A DNA stretch of 64,000 bases from Takakia lepidozioides (lineage: Eukaryota > Plantae > Bryophyta). Each line of letters opens with the position of its first letter. Within the stretch, counting starts at the first letter, position 1. Positions 1 to 14,017 of the stretch are shown here, piece after piece. Both the position numbers and the translations under genes were made by a program. The notes beneath the pieces were generated by a model that saw only the letters and a program-made list of their open reading frames with translations, was not told the DNA's origin and did not search any database. The stretch is taken from the NCBI GenBank assembly GCA_030704615.1, contig CM060733.1, positions 13,454,001 to 13,518,000 of the forward strand. The letters are read 5' to 3'.

Positions 1-14
1 TCTCACTGATGTCT

Positions 15-295
15 TCCACTATGAGGATAAAAAATGCTTGGCAGCCTACCTGCACGAGGCCTTCACCCTTAGACAATCGCTAGAACATTAATTGTGGTTT
101 CTGGATTTGTTCCTCTCTCATGTTTTCTTCCATTTTGTCCCATAAGCTCTATGAGCTTTCCGCGGACGTTATAAAGCACCATTTCATTCATTTCATTTCT
201 TTCTTTCGGATGTTATAAAGTACAGTACCATTTCATTTCCTGTTTTCTGTTTACCTTTCTCCCATAAGTTCTTTGAGCTTTCCGCAGACATTATC
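15..295 (+). repeat. Dispersed repeat, homologous to ~9795-10190 in a ZGRF1 intron; probable TE remnant
   Basis: Both copies encode similar + strand peptides (YEDKKCLAAYLHEAFTLRQSL vs YEDQKSLAEYLHEVFHLRESL) and both contain a duplicated TCCCATAAG(C/T)TCT-like motif. Confidence 0.55.
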
Positions 296-481
296 CTCAC
301 AAGGCTACGGCATACGTTGTCTTATGAGTACGTTTTATCACTCACAGACAGTAAGAGATCACCTCAAGTGTCTGACACATATATGTGAGTGTTTGTGTGT
401 ATCCTATAGTGTATGCCTGAACAGTTAGAGATGCCAAATAAATGCCCAACAACTGTGTAAAGTTTCCTTTCAAGAATGATT

Positions 482-3400
482 TCACCTGAACTTCACAGCT
501 TCAAGAGCTCTTTCCATCTCCTCGGAGCAGAGATAAATGTCCTCCATCACCGCCGTGTTGCTTTTGACGTTGGTGAGAATCTCTCCACCATCAACTTCCT
601 CATCAATAGTGAGACTAATCTGACTGGCTCCACTGGCCCCGACAGAGGCCTCTTCTGTATTTGAAAATTTCAAGGATCAGTAACATGTGAAGAAAACTTC
701 AAACATCATGCAGTCAGGCTGCTTCAGGATTGGTGGACACGTAAAATCTTGAATGCATGCTGCTCTAGGCACTTATTCTTGTGCTGAAAGAATTAGAGAG
801 CATCTCTCAACATCTGCACTATCAATAAGTAAAACACATTGGTGATACCTGTGATACTTTCTGAGACTGGAAAACTAGAGTTTGTTGTTACACAAGTCTC
901 TCTCTCGTCATGATGGTCACCGCTCAAGCTTGGCAATAGATTAGAAGTGCAAGTCTCCAATGCAGATAGAAATTCTTGTGCTTCACGCGGGGTAGCAGCC
1001 CCCACATGTGGGACACTTTTTTTGTCTGCAGGAGTCGTATGAAGTTGGGTCTTCAGAACTGATGCTGGCTTATACGATAAGGGAGTGCTGTCATGGCCCA
1101 CAACCCAGAGTCATATACATATCATGATCTTACCACTTCCACGACATAGAACAGCTGACCATCAAAACAGCAGCTAAACAGTGACACTTAATCACAAACC
1201 TTTGCTCCCATCCGAGGAAGACATAATGCCGAGCTACGTAGCATCAGTACAGTATGAGGCAGCCACAATAGACCCAAAAATAGCTGATCCATTCACGGTA
1301 AATATTTAGGGTAGTGCCATTTTCTCCCCACCTCTCACACACCGTAAGCAAAATGGAGGTTGATTATTAACACAAAGCACCTTTGGGCTGGAATAGAACT
1401 CAAGCCAACAGAAACCCTGTGTACCTGAATTTAGGGATTTGCAAACAGTTGGTCCCAGTGTTGTGAAATTGACTTAAACATGCTCACTACAGTGGTCACA
1501 TACCTTCTGACATTTCGCAAGAGCTGCGCCCATAGGGTATCCTTTTGGAGATTAGCAGCCTTTCCGATGATGATAAGGTGGTGGCGTGCCCTTGTGAGTG
1601 CCACATTAAGCCGATGGGGAGACGCCACAAACCCAACACCATTCGTCCGGCAGCAAGACCTGCCACGGCTACCACTCCTCAAAAGGTTGACATAAGAGCA
1701 TCTCAACAAATAGCAACTCTTTGCAAAGCACTAGATAATAGAGTTCTAAAGATCACTTCATCTCCTATTGCATACAACTTTGTGGTAGACAGCACATGCA
1801 AGCATCCTATCTTTGATCCTCCAATCATTCCAGAGCTATACATGACCATTGGCATGCCCCTTTGACAACTTACTTGAATCCCACTTCGCCCAAGTCCTGT
1901 AAAAGACGGTCGGGGGGGGGTGGGGGGGTGGGTTTGGGGTGGGGAAGTAGACTGGTGTGGTAGTCAAACAGACCAATGGAGCAAATTTTGATTGTATAGA
2001 TGCATACACCCACAGAACAAACACTCACAAAATGATGATATTTTTCTCCATTCCCTGAAACGCATCGACAGTTGATACTTGAACATCTGCAAGAGAGTCA
2101 GCGACATTCATGGAGTCCTTTGCTTCTAGAGATTTGCCTCTCAGATTTGGCCTTTTCGAGCATCGTGGCATGCTAGAGACTGCCTGTCTTCCTGGACAAA
2201 GAGTTTGCTGCAGAAGGGATGCCTGTCAGACAGATCCCCTCAAGAATCAGCTTCCACAATGATGGACATGTAGTGCTTTCTCCGCCTCTCCAAGACACAA
2301 TTTAAAAGACAGAAAGTAGCTGCCTCCGCTAAGAACAGCAATTAACTCAATGTCCTTTCAATGTCACCTGAGCTTTGTAGAATACAATGACCCCAATGTC
2401 ACAGCCCGAGACTCCACCTCCAATGATCGAGTGAATGACCAAGGAAGCCAGTTCTACCTCGAATTGGTTCATGAAGCTGTTTGAAGAATCTTTAGTTTCA
2501 ATTCCTTCTTTGCCAGTGTCGCAGAACAGTAAAGGTGGAAAGCCCCATACAAGTGGTGGTCTATCACTGTCCCTGATACACAAAAACCAGAAGTGCAGAG
2601 ACATGAAAATGTTTTGAAGTTAAGAGTACTTTTTCTGCCCAGACTACTTAGCATCTAGATCCAAACTGCTGCAATGTGAGATCTGAGGTGGAGCACTAAG
2701 GGGAAATAAGTACAAGGTAGGAAATAAGCACATACTGGGTGAAGATCAGGGACACACTGACCTGCAGCCATCCACAAGCTGCCCTTGATAGAATAAACTG
2801 TTGGGCAACGCAGCAAGCCTGTCACAATGCAAACTGATTTCATGCAAGAGAAGGTGCTCATGATGTAGCGGACAGATCATTAGAAAACTTTTGTATATTT
2901 CTATGGACCCCTTGGAGATACAATTCTGGCCCATGTTGATCTTCAACCAAATACTGCAATACACGCACTGGAGAGAGCCTTCTAAATTAGAGACCTGAAG
3001 TGACTTGAGCCAGAGTTACAGATCCAGCTTCTATGCTAATGGAGTTACATTCAACAGGTAGCTGACTATTCCGCAGGTGTGTAAGAAGAACAGTCCCTCT
3101 ACCTTGGATGACAACGGTACTGTGTGCGAAGGAGGATAGGTTCATGGCCCATTTCAACCAGTCGAACAAACAGGGACCTGCAAGAAGAAGGTTCACCATG
3201 CTTTTTAGATACTTGTGGGGTACAAGGAAAGCAGCAAGCCCTTTCAATAAACTGTGCGCAGGATGACAGATATTAGCAAAACAAAATAACCACTGACTAT
3301 GAGTCCTACAGTTCCCACGTTGAAGGTTCATGCCAAAGAATTGAGGATTTACCTTTCAAGGCCCACACTAGAATACCCCTTCTGACTTCGATCATAATCA

Positions 3401-6400
3401 TTTGCTGGACTGGGTACAGCACACTTGTCTTCTGTAGCAAGGTCTCCAGTATCACAATTCCCATGTTCACCGACACCAAGACCATGATGTAGAATTGGCG
3501 GAAGCTGGGCAGGATCACCCACAGCAACAAGCCTGGAAATCACAAATGACGATTGCGGCAAGTCAGTGGACCTACCTCTTGGGGAGGAGCTTTATCATAG
3601 GGCTTCGAATGCAGTTGGTGGAGTCTAAGATGCACATGAACTGATGCCACATGCTTCTCACTTACAATACTCAATGGAATCAGACTCACGTAGTACAACC
3701 AAACTGACAGAGTGGCAGCAGGCAAAGTGGCTCTGGTATCTGTGCACATTCGTCCAAAAGGCACACCTGCAAGTCAGAGGCAATCTTGAGCTTCAGCAAT
3801 ATAACTTTCCTCATAGTCAACAGTCTTGCACCCAAAGCTCTGGAAAAAAGACAATCTGCACAACACACTATGAATGGCATGACAGCCAGAAACTTCGGCA
3901 GACACAATAACATGCTCATCAAACTGATTGGAGCTTACAAGTTTGAAGCCAAGTTTGGCTGTAAGGCACATGTCACACCCAGCCCTGGTGCACTGCTACA
4001 GGAACTCAAAGTGTTCACACCTTAAACTTTTGGCCTTCAAGGACAGTCTTTGTGCATGAGTGACATGTAACTCCCACCACTCGAATGCTTTTCAGTTTCT
4101 CTCTCCGTTCTTTCATCTTCCCTTCCCTCAAAGCTCTGAGCTCCTGCTCAATTCTCTGCCAAGCATAATCATATCACAGCAATAAGTCACATGAGCAGGA
4201 AAAGAAGCACACTTTGAGTACACAAAGCCAGAATCTGTGTGGTCATTTTCAATGCTGTCCACACGTTTGAGGAAGCAATACAAGGTGGCTTCTAGCCTGG
4301 TTAAACTTCAGTGTTGAAGCATAAGGCTTTTGTCCAAAAGCTGGTCAATTAATGGACAGCAGAAAATTTCCCAGTAGAACGAGTACCAATCTTTCATGGC
4401 CCACAGCATCTTTCAATAGCTGCTGGAGATCCCTATGTGCTTCATTGTCTGCAGACTCTCCCTGTGATGTTGCATTTACTGAGTACCTATCAACAAGCAG
4501 AAATAATTAAACCTTCTGTGCAGTAGAGGCATTACCCAACCTACCCACCGTTGGATTCCATGGATTTAGCCTGCAGCAAAATTGTAAGTGAATTTTTGGG
4601 CTGCCCACACCTTCAGCAACCCCTGAGATGGCATGACAAAGGAGCTACAAGCAAAACAACTTTGAAAACTCTGAAATCTTTTTATGGGGAGGGTTATTTG
4701 GTGAACAATATGCTCCCAAAAATGAACTGTAAAAAAACCTTGAATATTAGGAATTTTGATAAGAAATCCAGAAATAAAATACTGCTAACTGGTATAGCCC
4801 ACGGTGGGTCGGGTCTCAAAAGCTAAAATGCTATCGCAAATAAGTGTGTGCAGTGGTGAATCAGACGGTTCCATCACGGGGCGTTGCTACCAAACCATTC
4901 TGAATTCCCAGCAGCAGAACACTTGGAATCTCATTATAATACCATGACTTAAGACCAGGTTACTAACTCTGACCTGTCTTCACTAGAACAAGTTTGATAC
5001 AAATGCACTTGACACAGTGATTGCTTACGGTAAAATTGTCCTGTCAATCTTGTTGAAGCTTCCAACACGCATGAAATCGTGAAAGCCTTCCTCCAACAGA
5101 CCTGTCAGAATCCTGCATCCGTATTCCGGAAGAGGTGGCTCAGCTTCATAGCCATGAAATTGCCTACTGTAATTCAAGGAGCAGTTTATCCTCTGCTGCC
5201 ATGCCAATTGACTTGCTTCAGATGAGGCTACCTCGTAGCACAACTGTACATACTGAAAAATGTTCATGGACAAGACAAAAGCCATGGCATCAAAAGAGAC
5301 ATCAATTTGGACAGTGATTTTAGCATGCCATAATACCTGTCAACAGCAATATTGGTGGCTGCAGAAACAAGAATTCTCGTGGTTTTATCATTGCACAACT
5401 GCCATACAAACAACACATTCATACTTGAGATTAAATCAAATGACAGTCCTTCATATCTGTAAGCACCATTCTGATTCCTGATCTTTAAATCACTAAGAAA
5501 TTAATCAAGGACAGGTACAAAAGACTAGCTGGGCAGATGTCACACAAGGATCGTTCATTGTGGGCAAACCTGTAAAATATTTGCCACAAAAATTATCAAC
5601 ACCACCAGCAGGAAACCTGACACCACAGTTTGTCATGTCAGTCTCCTCATCACAAGAAACAAAAACAGTATTCACAGGGAAAACGTACTTCACATCTGTG
5701 ACATTCCACATGTCAATACTGTCTATGATATGACTTCTAGGGCTCAGCGGGAAGGCCTGTCTATACCTGATATGCAAGAGGTGATTGAACAACAGCACTA
5801 CATACCTGCAACCATGATGCAAGATAGATAACATACTTTTTCCAGATCCAAATGTTCCATGAACAAGGCAAATCTCAGGTTTCAGGGTTGCTCCTTTGCC
5901 TACTTTGCCAGTGTTAGATGTGAACCATCTGCTGACAGTAAGGAGCACCTTTGCCTGCAAGAGCCACCTAACAAAAATCACCTCTGCTGCCTCCACTGCT
6001 TATCTCAACCCAACCTTGTCAAGGCAGACAAAGCTTTTCACACACATAGGGAATGTACTCTGAACGTAGTTTCTATTTTGCACACTGCCCTGATATTTCT
6101 GTATGACAGATCGGTGGAGATTTTCCATCCGAATTCAACTACACTCATCCAATGTTATGTTTAAGCAGTAATGTGGATATTACCATGTCTCACCTGATCT
6201 TCATTTAGTTGGTACTTGGTAAGTACAGCGTTCAATTGCTGCCTAACAGTCACTGTCAGACTAGTGTCGGGTGGCGAGGCTCTTCTCCAAGAACCATCCA
6301 GAACAGGAGGTCTATGGAGCTCCGTTGGAGGGTGTAGTAGCAATGGCAGAAGGGGTGTGCTCTGGGGGTGCAAATCTCTTCATCAATCATAACAGCCAAA

Positions 6401-9400
6401 AGTCAGTCACATCCTGAAAAGAGACCTGCACACTACAGACACATCCAACAAGATTCTAGCTTACACATTTTCAGTTCAAATTTTGGAGGAAATTTTGCAG
6501 CAGCCATTTGCAGTATTTTCTGTATCTTGCCTCCCTTACTGCTTCCCTCACCCCTCTGCTTGTCACTCTACCTCATGCCCTTCCTGCATCTATCCATTTG
6601 CCACATTTGATTAGGGCAATGAACAGATTTTCTAAGCCCACCCCACACTACTTTTATCAAGAGATCATTCCTGTCTGTCTTTCAAGTAGCTTGTGTGTTT
6701 TAGACATTCCTGCATATCTTCCCCTTGTCAATCTGATTGCAACTTCCCCCTATCATGAAGATGATCAGCTCCTTCCAGAGATATGCTGTGGGACAAACCT
6801 CGTGATGGCCACTTAGACGGTTCAGAACTGACTTCAAATTTTTAGCAGTCATACAGAATGGAGTGAGCACACACCTGATAATATTTAGCATAGCAACTTC
6901 CGAAGAAATCCCTTGGGCATGGATTGCATAAACCTTCCTTCCATCACCAAAGACTGGTTTCTCCCCAAGTATCTCTAGCTGCAATTTGGCAAGTGACCCA
7001 TGGAGGGCCAAGTTCTCTTGTGAATTCCTTTAGTCAAAAGATCGGCAAGTGGGCAACATAGCAGTAGCAAATTTTCAGGGCTTTTTCTGTGAACATACCT
7101 CAATTACTCCACTAGAAGATGGCCCGTGATATAAGCTGACAGCAATTGACACAAAATCGTCGCTGCAAATCAAATCCATGGGCAGAACTCAATTGCTCAG
7201 CTTGAACAGCTTTGTTGAGAGGAAGAGACACTATAAAGATAGATTTAGAGCACATTTGCTTAACTATACCAGTTGGGTAAAGAACCACCACTTTCCTAAA
7301 GAGACTAACTGTGTCGGCATCTAGGCAGGAGGTCAAGCAATCAAGAATTCTGCTATGCACACACCTTGTTTCTGGAGAAAAAGTTCTGCTGGAGCTGATC
7401 ACCCATAGGTCATGCCTGTGAAGATATGGGTAAGAAATTATTATTCAGCCTCAGATTAACTTATGCTAAGTACTGATGACTTTTGGATACGAATGTAAAA
7501 TACAACATTCATGGCAGATAGAGGATATCTAAGAGTTTTAGCCACCCCTTAAGAAATGACAGACACCTGCCTTGAGTGCTTGTTGGAAATAGTCTTCCTC
7601 CCCAACCTCAAGAGTGGGCTTGGTTTCTTAGCTGCACCTCTTTCTTGTGCATATTTGTAATCGTCAGCATAGGCTTTGCGTTTCTTGTTTGTCTCGCACT
7701 GCGTGGACCTGCAAGTTATTGTTGTGTCACATGTCACTTCTTCACCCACATAAGCAACCTGCATAATTAATTCAAGCTATGATTGCAAGAAGAATGCTCT
7801 GATTTCAGTAGGAGCCCATGCCATTGACTGTGATGAAGTACTCCACCTCATAAAAACCTCACAATCGCTATAAAAATCAATGCCATAGCAGCAAAAAGCC
7901 TCCTCCAGTTCTTCTTGAGACAACTTCTCAGCATGTTCCTCACCTGCATATCCAGAAAAAACATGAAGAAAGCATATGTAACCCATTCCCTTCATACATA
8001 ACACATGTGGTACTTGGCGCAAAATCAACAGTCCAATCTTTCTTTAGGGTGATCCACGATAGTGCCACTTCAAGGAATTCCTCTACAGTATCTCTGAATC
8101 CCTCAGCTCCTTTTGGGTTGGGGGCACCAATTTCTATTGTGTAAGGGAAAGTTATGATGGTCTAAGGAATCCCAAAAGTAACAATGATTTTTGAACATAA
8201 ATACCTGTTTCCCAAAAACCAGTGTCAGCCCAAGCAAATTCACCACATGCCTTTGATGCACAGTTAAAGAAGAAACGTCCCATGTTAGCTCCCGCCTGTG
8301 GAGATAGATAATGACCTTCAATCAGTTGAAAGAAAAATGGGATTTGGCTCACAAAATCAACTCAGGTGGAAGGAACAGGTCAATCGAGAGATCAGACAGC
8401 ACCTTCTTTACAAGCATTAGCCGAGTTGGCCCATGCTTGCATGAGGGCCTCGGTCCACGGACTTTGGAAAGCATTTTCCTAGCTTCGAAGAAACGATTGG
8501 AAAGATCCTGCAACTGTAGCATGTGCACAAGGCTGTTAAATCATTTATGAAATCACCAACAGGATTCCTGAGAGAATTTATTGCAAACAATGTCTCATGA
8601 GTACATTCTCTCATCTGGTGATTTTGGAAGTAGTTTCATGCGTTTCTAGGTTTTTCCTATGGGCCCTCAGGGCCCCCTGTAGGCATTGAGCATCTTTCAT
8701 CTTTATTCTCTCTCCGGCCTGCTGTGGACATAAGATTCTCTCTCTCTCTCTCTTAAGGCCTCCTGTAGTCTCCAATCTCTGGGAACTCCATGGTGAGGAC
8801 GAGAACGTGTAAACACAGTAATTGCAGCACAGTCCAGGAGGGTAAGGTTACATACAATAAGGTTCAACTCCTCAATCATAGCAGAAGACATGGTCTTCTT
8901 GTAAGATGCAAGAGATGAGAACTCATTTGGTATTACAACTTGTCGAGTAATAGCTGGAGGTGCATTAGGTTGAAACACAACCATAGCCTGATGGAGAGCT
9001 CGCTGCTTCGTGTGATCAGCAGAGGAGACAAGGCTCTTATGCAATGATTTTGTAGGTTTCCAGGAAGGTTGTTGGCATTTGACATCTACTTTGTGTTGCC
9101 CTCCATTTATGTCAAGCGAAAACTGATCAGAAGTGACATTACTGTTTGCATCACCAACATGTTCCACCTCACTTGTTAATTGCTGGTTATCAGCATCCAG
9201 TTTGAAGTTACTAGAGTAAGCTTCAGCGCCATAGAATTCCTTTTCAGTAGGCTCCACCTCGCACTCAACAACCTTCTTGCCCTGTATGAGCCTCTGATTT
9301 GATTCAACAGTGTGCATGGGTAGCTGCCTTTGCTTGTGCACAGACTCCAAGATGCAGACCTGCCCTGAGCAGCCACCTGAATCCACCTGCTTGCATCCAT

Positions 9401-12351
9401 CGGGCTTGGGCGGCTTCCTCATTCTACTCATAATTTGAACCACTGTGTGCAGAGAAGAAGGCAAGCATTTCAGTGACAAAAATAATCTTGCAAAGTTTTC
9501 TCTCACTATCTGTCTCTCCTGTCCTATATATGACGAGATACGCAGCAGAGCATACTGTCTCAGTGTCTGTCTTTGGCTCCTTCAGCTTTGCAAAGTTTTC
9601 TCTCACTCCATCTTCAGGGATGTTTGGTGTCTTCTGATGTGATTTTTCTATTTGTTCTACTTCGACCCATAGTCACTCCAAGCCCTCCCTGGATGTTGCA
9701 AAGTTTCTCTTTCGATTCATTTCTTTCACTGAACCCTCAACTATGAGATCCGGGGGCGATACTATTGCCTATTCCGGGACAGCCAATCCCTTGCTTATGA
9801 GGATCAGAAATCCTTGGCAGAATATCTGCATGAGGTGTTCCATCTTAGAGAATCTCTTGATGGTTGCGGGCCCCCCTTTCTTTCTTGCATCCAGCTTTCT
9901 TTTGTCCCAGCAGGAAAATATAAAGTCTCTTCTTATTTCTCTGTCCCTCCCTCCTGTTCGTTGATCTCCTGTGTTGTTGTACTTGCGTGCTTCGAGGACA
10001 TAATTCCTTCTTTCTCCTTGTATCTCACTTCCCTTTGTCCCATAAGCTCTTTAAGCTTTCCACGCACCTTATAAAGTACTATATCATTTCAATTCTATCA
10101 CTCTTTCCCTCTGTGCCTCCTGTGACGTAACAATTTCTTCTAGTCTCTCTGCCATTATTGTCCCATATGCTCTTTGAGTTTCCTAATGTTCCCTTCTTCC
10201 TTTCTTCATGACTAACAATGGTTCATGAGCACTCTCTCTTGGCTATAATTGGCTTCACCAATCTAATTTTGGCTCTGTAAGGCTTCCTAAAACAAAAAAA
10301 ACTGCTACGAACCAAGAAAACGACCAAGAACCAGCATGTCTTACTATGGTTTCTTAGCTTTTCACTCCAAAAAACGTACCACTACGCTTGGTTGGCCGGG
10401 ATTGTGGATTCCCAAGAATTTCAAAGGCACATTCTCCACCTGGACCACTTGGTTGCTCTTTTCCTATGCAGGTTGCAGCAAGACGATCGATATTAGTTTA
10501 TCCAGCTCCTTTAAGAGAAGGAATCAGGAGAGGAAAGAAAATAACTTACTTTACTATGTCCACAGGAGAAAGAAGGCAAATGTAAGTAGTAAGTACAGGC
10601 ACACGAGGGAACACTCTGTAAATTCTCGGATAAAATAAAACAATACGTTCATCAATAAGCAAGGCAAAGCCTTCATGTAAATTGAAACAGATACAATATC
10701 AATACTGGAGTAGCAACTCTCTGTAGGTTTGAAATTGAGAGGTAAGAACCAAACCATTAATTGGAACCTTCATGCACTCCCTTTGACCCTTCCAGACCTC
10801 ATTTTCATCCAAGATGGATCCTCCTTGACCAGTTACATAAGACTGATCTATTGTCAATTCCCCTATCACCAGGCCGTTCGGGAAGACAAGACTAGTCACA
10901 ATGTTGATAGCTTCATCCCTGTCCAGATACTTCTCTGTAATCGGATTCCCTTCATTGTCGTGAAGGACAACCTGGAAGCACCTAGGCAATCAGTCCCTCA
11001 CAAAATTCTCTTCAAGTTCTTCTTCTCTCCCTCCCTAGCCCCATAGACCCCTTGGACCTCGAGTACAAGAAATCTGTGAAATGTTCAATTTGGAAGTGAA
11101 AGATTCCGGAGGGAAGAGGTCAAGACAGAATATGCCGAGGCCTTGAAAGAGGCTCTCCCGCCCTTTATCCAATCGCTCCAAGATCTCCCCCCTCTTGCTT
11201 GAGTGATGCAAGAAGCAAGGTTGAAAGAGCTGTGGACTCTTGGGAGAGTTTCGTCACTTTTGAGGCTAATAAGATCACTGGAAGGAAACCAATTGTATGC
11301 TTTCTCCTTCTCAACATGGATTTCCAGCTCTCTTACTCAACATGGATAAACAAGTGCAGTGTAACAGGTACATTGACTAAGCTCGTTGTCTGTCATCCTT
11401 CTGACTTGAGATGTATCATGCAAAACTTGTAGCTGTGTCTATAAAAGATGGGCTTACACCGAAGAATAGTTTGCGCCCCACTAACCTTGCGTCGATCAAA
11501 ACTTGAATAAATGAGATGAAGGACGCCATCATGGTAGGTCTTCAGATTCTTAGTCTTCTGCTTTGTGTATATTACATCCCATCTTCGTGGCACTGAGGGC
11601 AACACGCATTCATGTCGTTAGAATGACCTGTACTCTCGTACTCTGAGGTTCTATCCGCCACAATTGACACACAACGAGAGGCCACTGGGAATCATACCTT
11701 TCGGATTTGGAGTATGCTCGATCGCCGATGAGGTAGTTCTTCCTTGGATCCCGGCCTTATCTCCCTGTGTTTCCTTTTTGCTACGTAAGGAGCTTATATT
11801 TGAGCTGGGAGAAGCGAACGCGGGCTCCCGCTTCAGTACGTCTTGCACGTTTACGAGGTAGTCATCGAATTCGATAGTGGCCTCACACTCGACCAATTGG
11901 TGCCTGTGAAAAAATTTCTCCGCCAGCTTTTCCCCGGCATCATCGCTCAAAATAAGCTGTCAGGGGCACCACGCGATTAGTGTCTCCAGACAGCTCTTCT
12001 CTCTCAAACACGTTCTCTGACAACGAAAAATTTCATGGAATACGTGACCATCCCACAGCGTATGTTCGTGGCATTCCGCCGTACACTAACACAACAACCG
12101 AGCCCTTTGAGACATGCTTCAAACTTGTCCTGAGCTCCTTGCGAACTCACGCACATTCCTTAGTCCGTATCTAAAAATCCTGAATACCACCAGAGAGTTC
12201 AACAAATATCCCCACTTCATCCTACAGCTCAAGACAGAGCAGCAAAACACACCTTCTGGCGATTTACAGTAAGGATGCCATCGTGGTAAGTCTTGTGCTT
12301 TTTATATTTTTGTTTCGTGTACAGAACGCTCCATCGGATATCTTCAGCCAT
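482..12351 (-). CDS. ZGRF1: ZGRF1-like 5'-3' DNA helicase (2x DUF2439, GRF zinc finger, UPF1-like SF1 helicase), multi-exon gene span
   Basis: Exon 1 at 12351-12253 reads MAEDIRWSVLYTKQKYKKHKTYHDGILTVNRQK followed by a GT donor (DUF2439). A second DUF2439 (WDVIYTKQKTKNLKTYHDGVL) lies near 11.5-11.6 kb. The GRF finger CKHG..|..GANMGRFFFNCASKACGEFAW lies at ~8225-8455. Helicase motifs occur in order: VHGTFGSGKS (~5850, resembling the animal ZGRF1 Walker A variant), LLDECAQIPEP, VGDPAQLPP, IGVIVFYKAQ, VSTVDAFQG, RLNVALTRARHHLIIIG. Internal exon boundaries and the terminal exon (to 482) are approximate. Confidence 0.88.
9795..10190 (+). repeat. Second copy of the dispersed repeat, intronic in ZGRF1
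   Basis: Nucleotide and peptide similarity to positions 15-295. Confidence 0.55.
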
Positions 12352-12981
12352 ATCGCACTAAAAATGTTTTCACTACTCTCACAGTTTATTGTTCCTTCAT
12401 CATGCGAACAACTACGAGCACATCTACCTTACACCTTGCCTCTACCTAGCTACAACGCATCGCGGATCTACCCTGCATGGGAAGAACTTCAACAGAAAAC
12501 AAGATATGTATCTGACGTCCTACTGCAATTCCGTTTCTGCTGATCAGTGACAGTGTGAGAACAACAATTGTCTCTTCGCAACCCCAAAGTTGCCTCTCAA
12601 TCAGGCCTCGGACATGGCGGGAAAGCTTGACGAGAAGCATGCAAGGTATTCCGTGGAATACGGACCCACTGACTAGTTTCATCCAGTCAACCTAGCTCAG
12701 ACACACACATCCATCCCTCTAGGATGAGTTCCAGCGTCGACGGGGAATCCTTCCTATAGCACAGAACATCCTTTATGAGGCTACAGATTCTGGACTTGAT
12801 GCTTTGCGCGACTGTTCCTTTATAGTTTTTTTTTTTTCTCGGTGGTTTTGGCGGCGCTAGTACATGCTGGACAGATATCTTGTGGAATCTTGGGCCTCAT
12901 TGTTGTTCGACTTTTTATACTCGAATATTGCTCAAGTACTTGGCTATTTCTCCATTGTCCAATTCCGTCGGGTGACTACCA

Positions 12982-13881
12982 TTGAGAGGCGATTATGTCA
13001 AACACAACTCCCACAAAGGCAACGACATTTCTATACCTGTTGTTGTTCGAAGAAACGAGGATGGAGAGGGTGGCTTGTTACACAGTCAGCGCAGTAAGAA
13101 ATGGGAACATACTGGAACTGGCAACGTGTTAGAAATAAGGGAGGAATCGCTGCCAAGCTTTCCAAATGATGAGGAGGTTGTGGGTATAATAACCATGGAG
13201 GACCTAATCGAGGAGCTCTTATAGGTTGGTTCTCTCCCACTGTGCTCTTTACCGGTTGTCTCTGTGAATGTGAGGAAACAAGAGTGAAGTGGGTATTGGC
13301 TCCTGGACTTTCATGGAGCTCTCACTATCTCCTAGAACTGGGCTCGGTTTTTGTACCCACAGCCTGCATGATTCTCTCTCTACTGATTTGATTGAAGTGG
13401 CACAATTTACCTTGACTCCAGCTGACGTTTGACTAAACTCCTCGTGAAATTGTCAATGAATCTAAGAAGTCCAAGGGACACTAGGTCTGGTCTTCACCAT
13501 GCATTTTTACAAATGTGTCCTTTCAAAATGTGGTCTGGTCTTCACCATGCATTTCACAAATGTGTCCTTTCAAAATAGAAGTTAGTTGAGGACTGCAGGG
13601 TTCATGTGAGTGCATGATTGATGGTTTCTCTGTTCTTTGTAGGCATCTTGTCCAGTGGAAGTGTTTGGTGCATGTTTGCTTCTCAAATTTATGCTGTGAA
13701 TTATCAAATAGGGATAATACCAGAGTTGGTCAAGACCCTAATTGGCCAAGTGTGCTTGGTTACATTTTTTTAATTTTCACCTATTTGCTTACAACATGCT
13801 AGGAATTCTACTTATGGTTGCTTGTTTCAGGAGGAAATTTTGGATGAGACGGATGAGTACAGTGATGTTCACAACAAATAA
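12982..13881 (+). pseudogene. DUF21/CBS (CNNM-type) metal transporter gene fragment, two C-terminal exons
   Basis: LPSFPNDEEVVGIITMEDLIEELL, then TAG at 13222-13224 (expected CAG, Gln), a GT...AG intron at 13225-13830, then EEILDETDEYSDVHNK. The next donor appears mutated (ATAAG for GTAAG). No N-terminal part is seen. Confidence 0.8.
13484..13576. repeat. ~46-bp tandem duplication in the intron
   Basis: GGTCTGGTCTTCACCATGCATTT..ACAAATGTGTCCTTTCAAAAT occurs twice. Confidence 0.85.
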
Positions 13882-14017
13882 GTTGGAGCAAGTGATGCAA
13901 ATTGGCACTCTGGGCTACGTAAATCACATGGAGGTGGAAATGTTAATGAGATATCATTCGATATACAAAGCGATATCCATCTCCAACCATTCCAATGATG
14001 AAGCTGCAGAATGAGCG

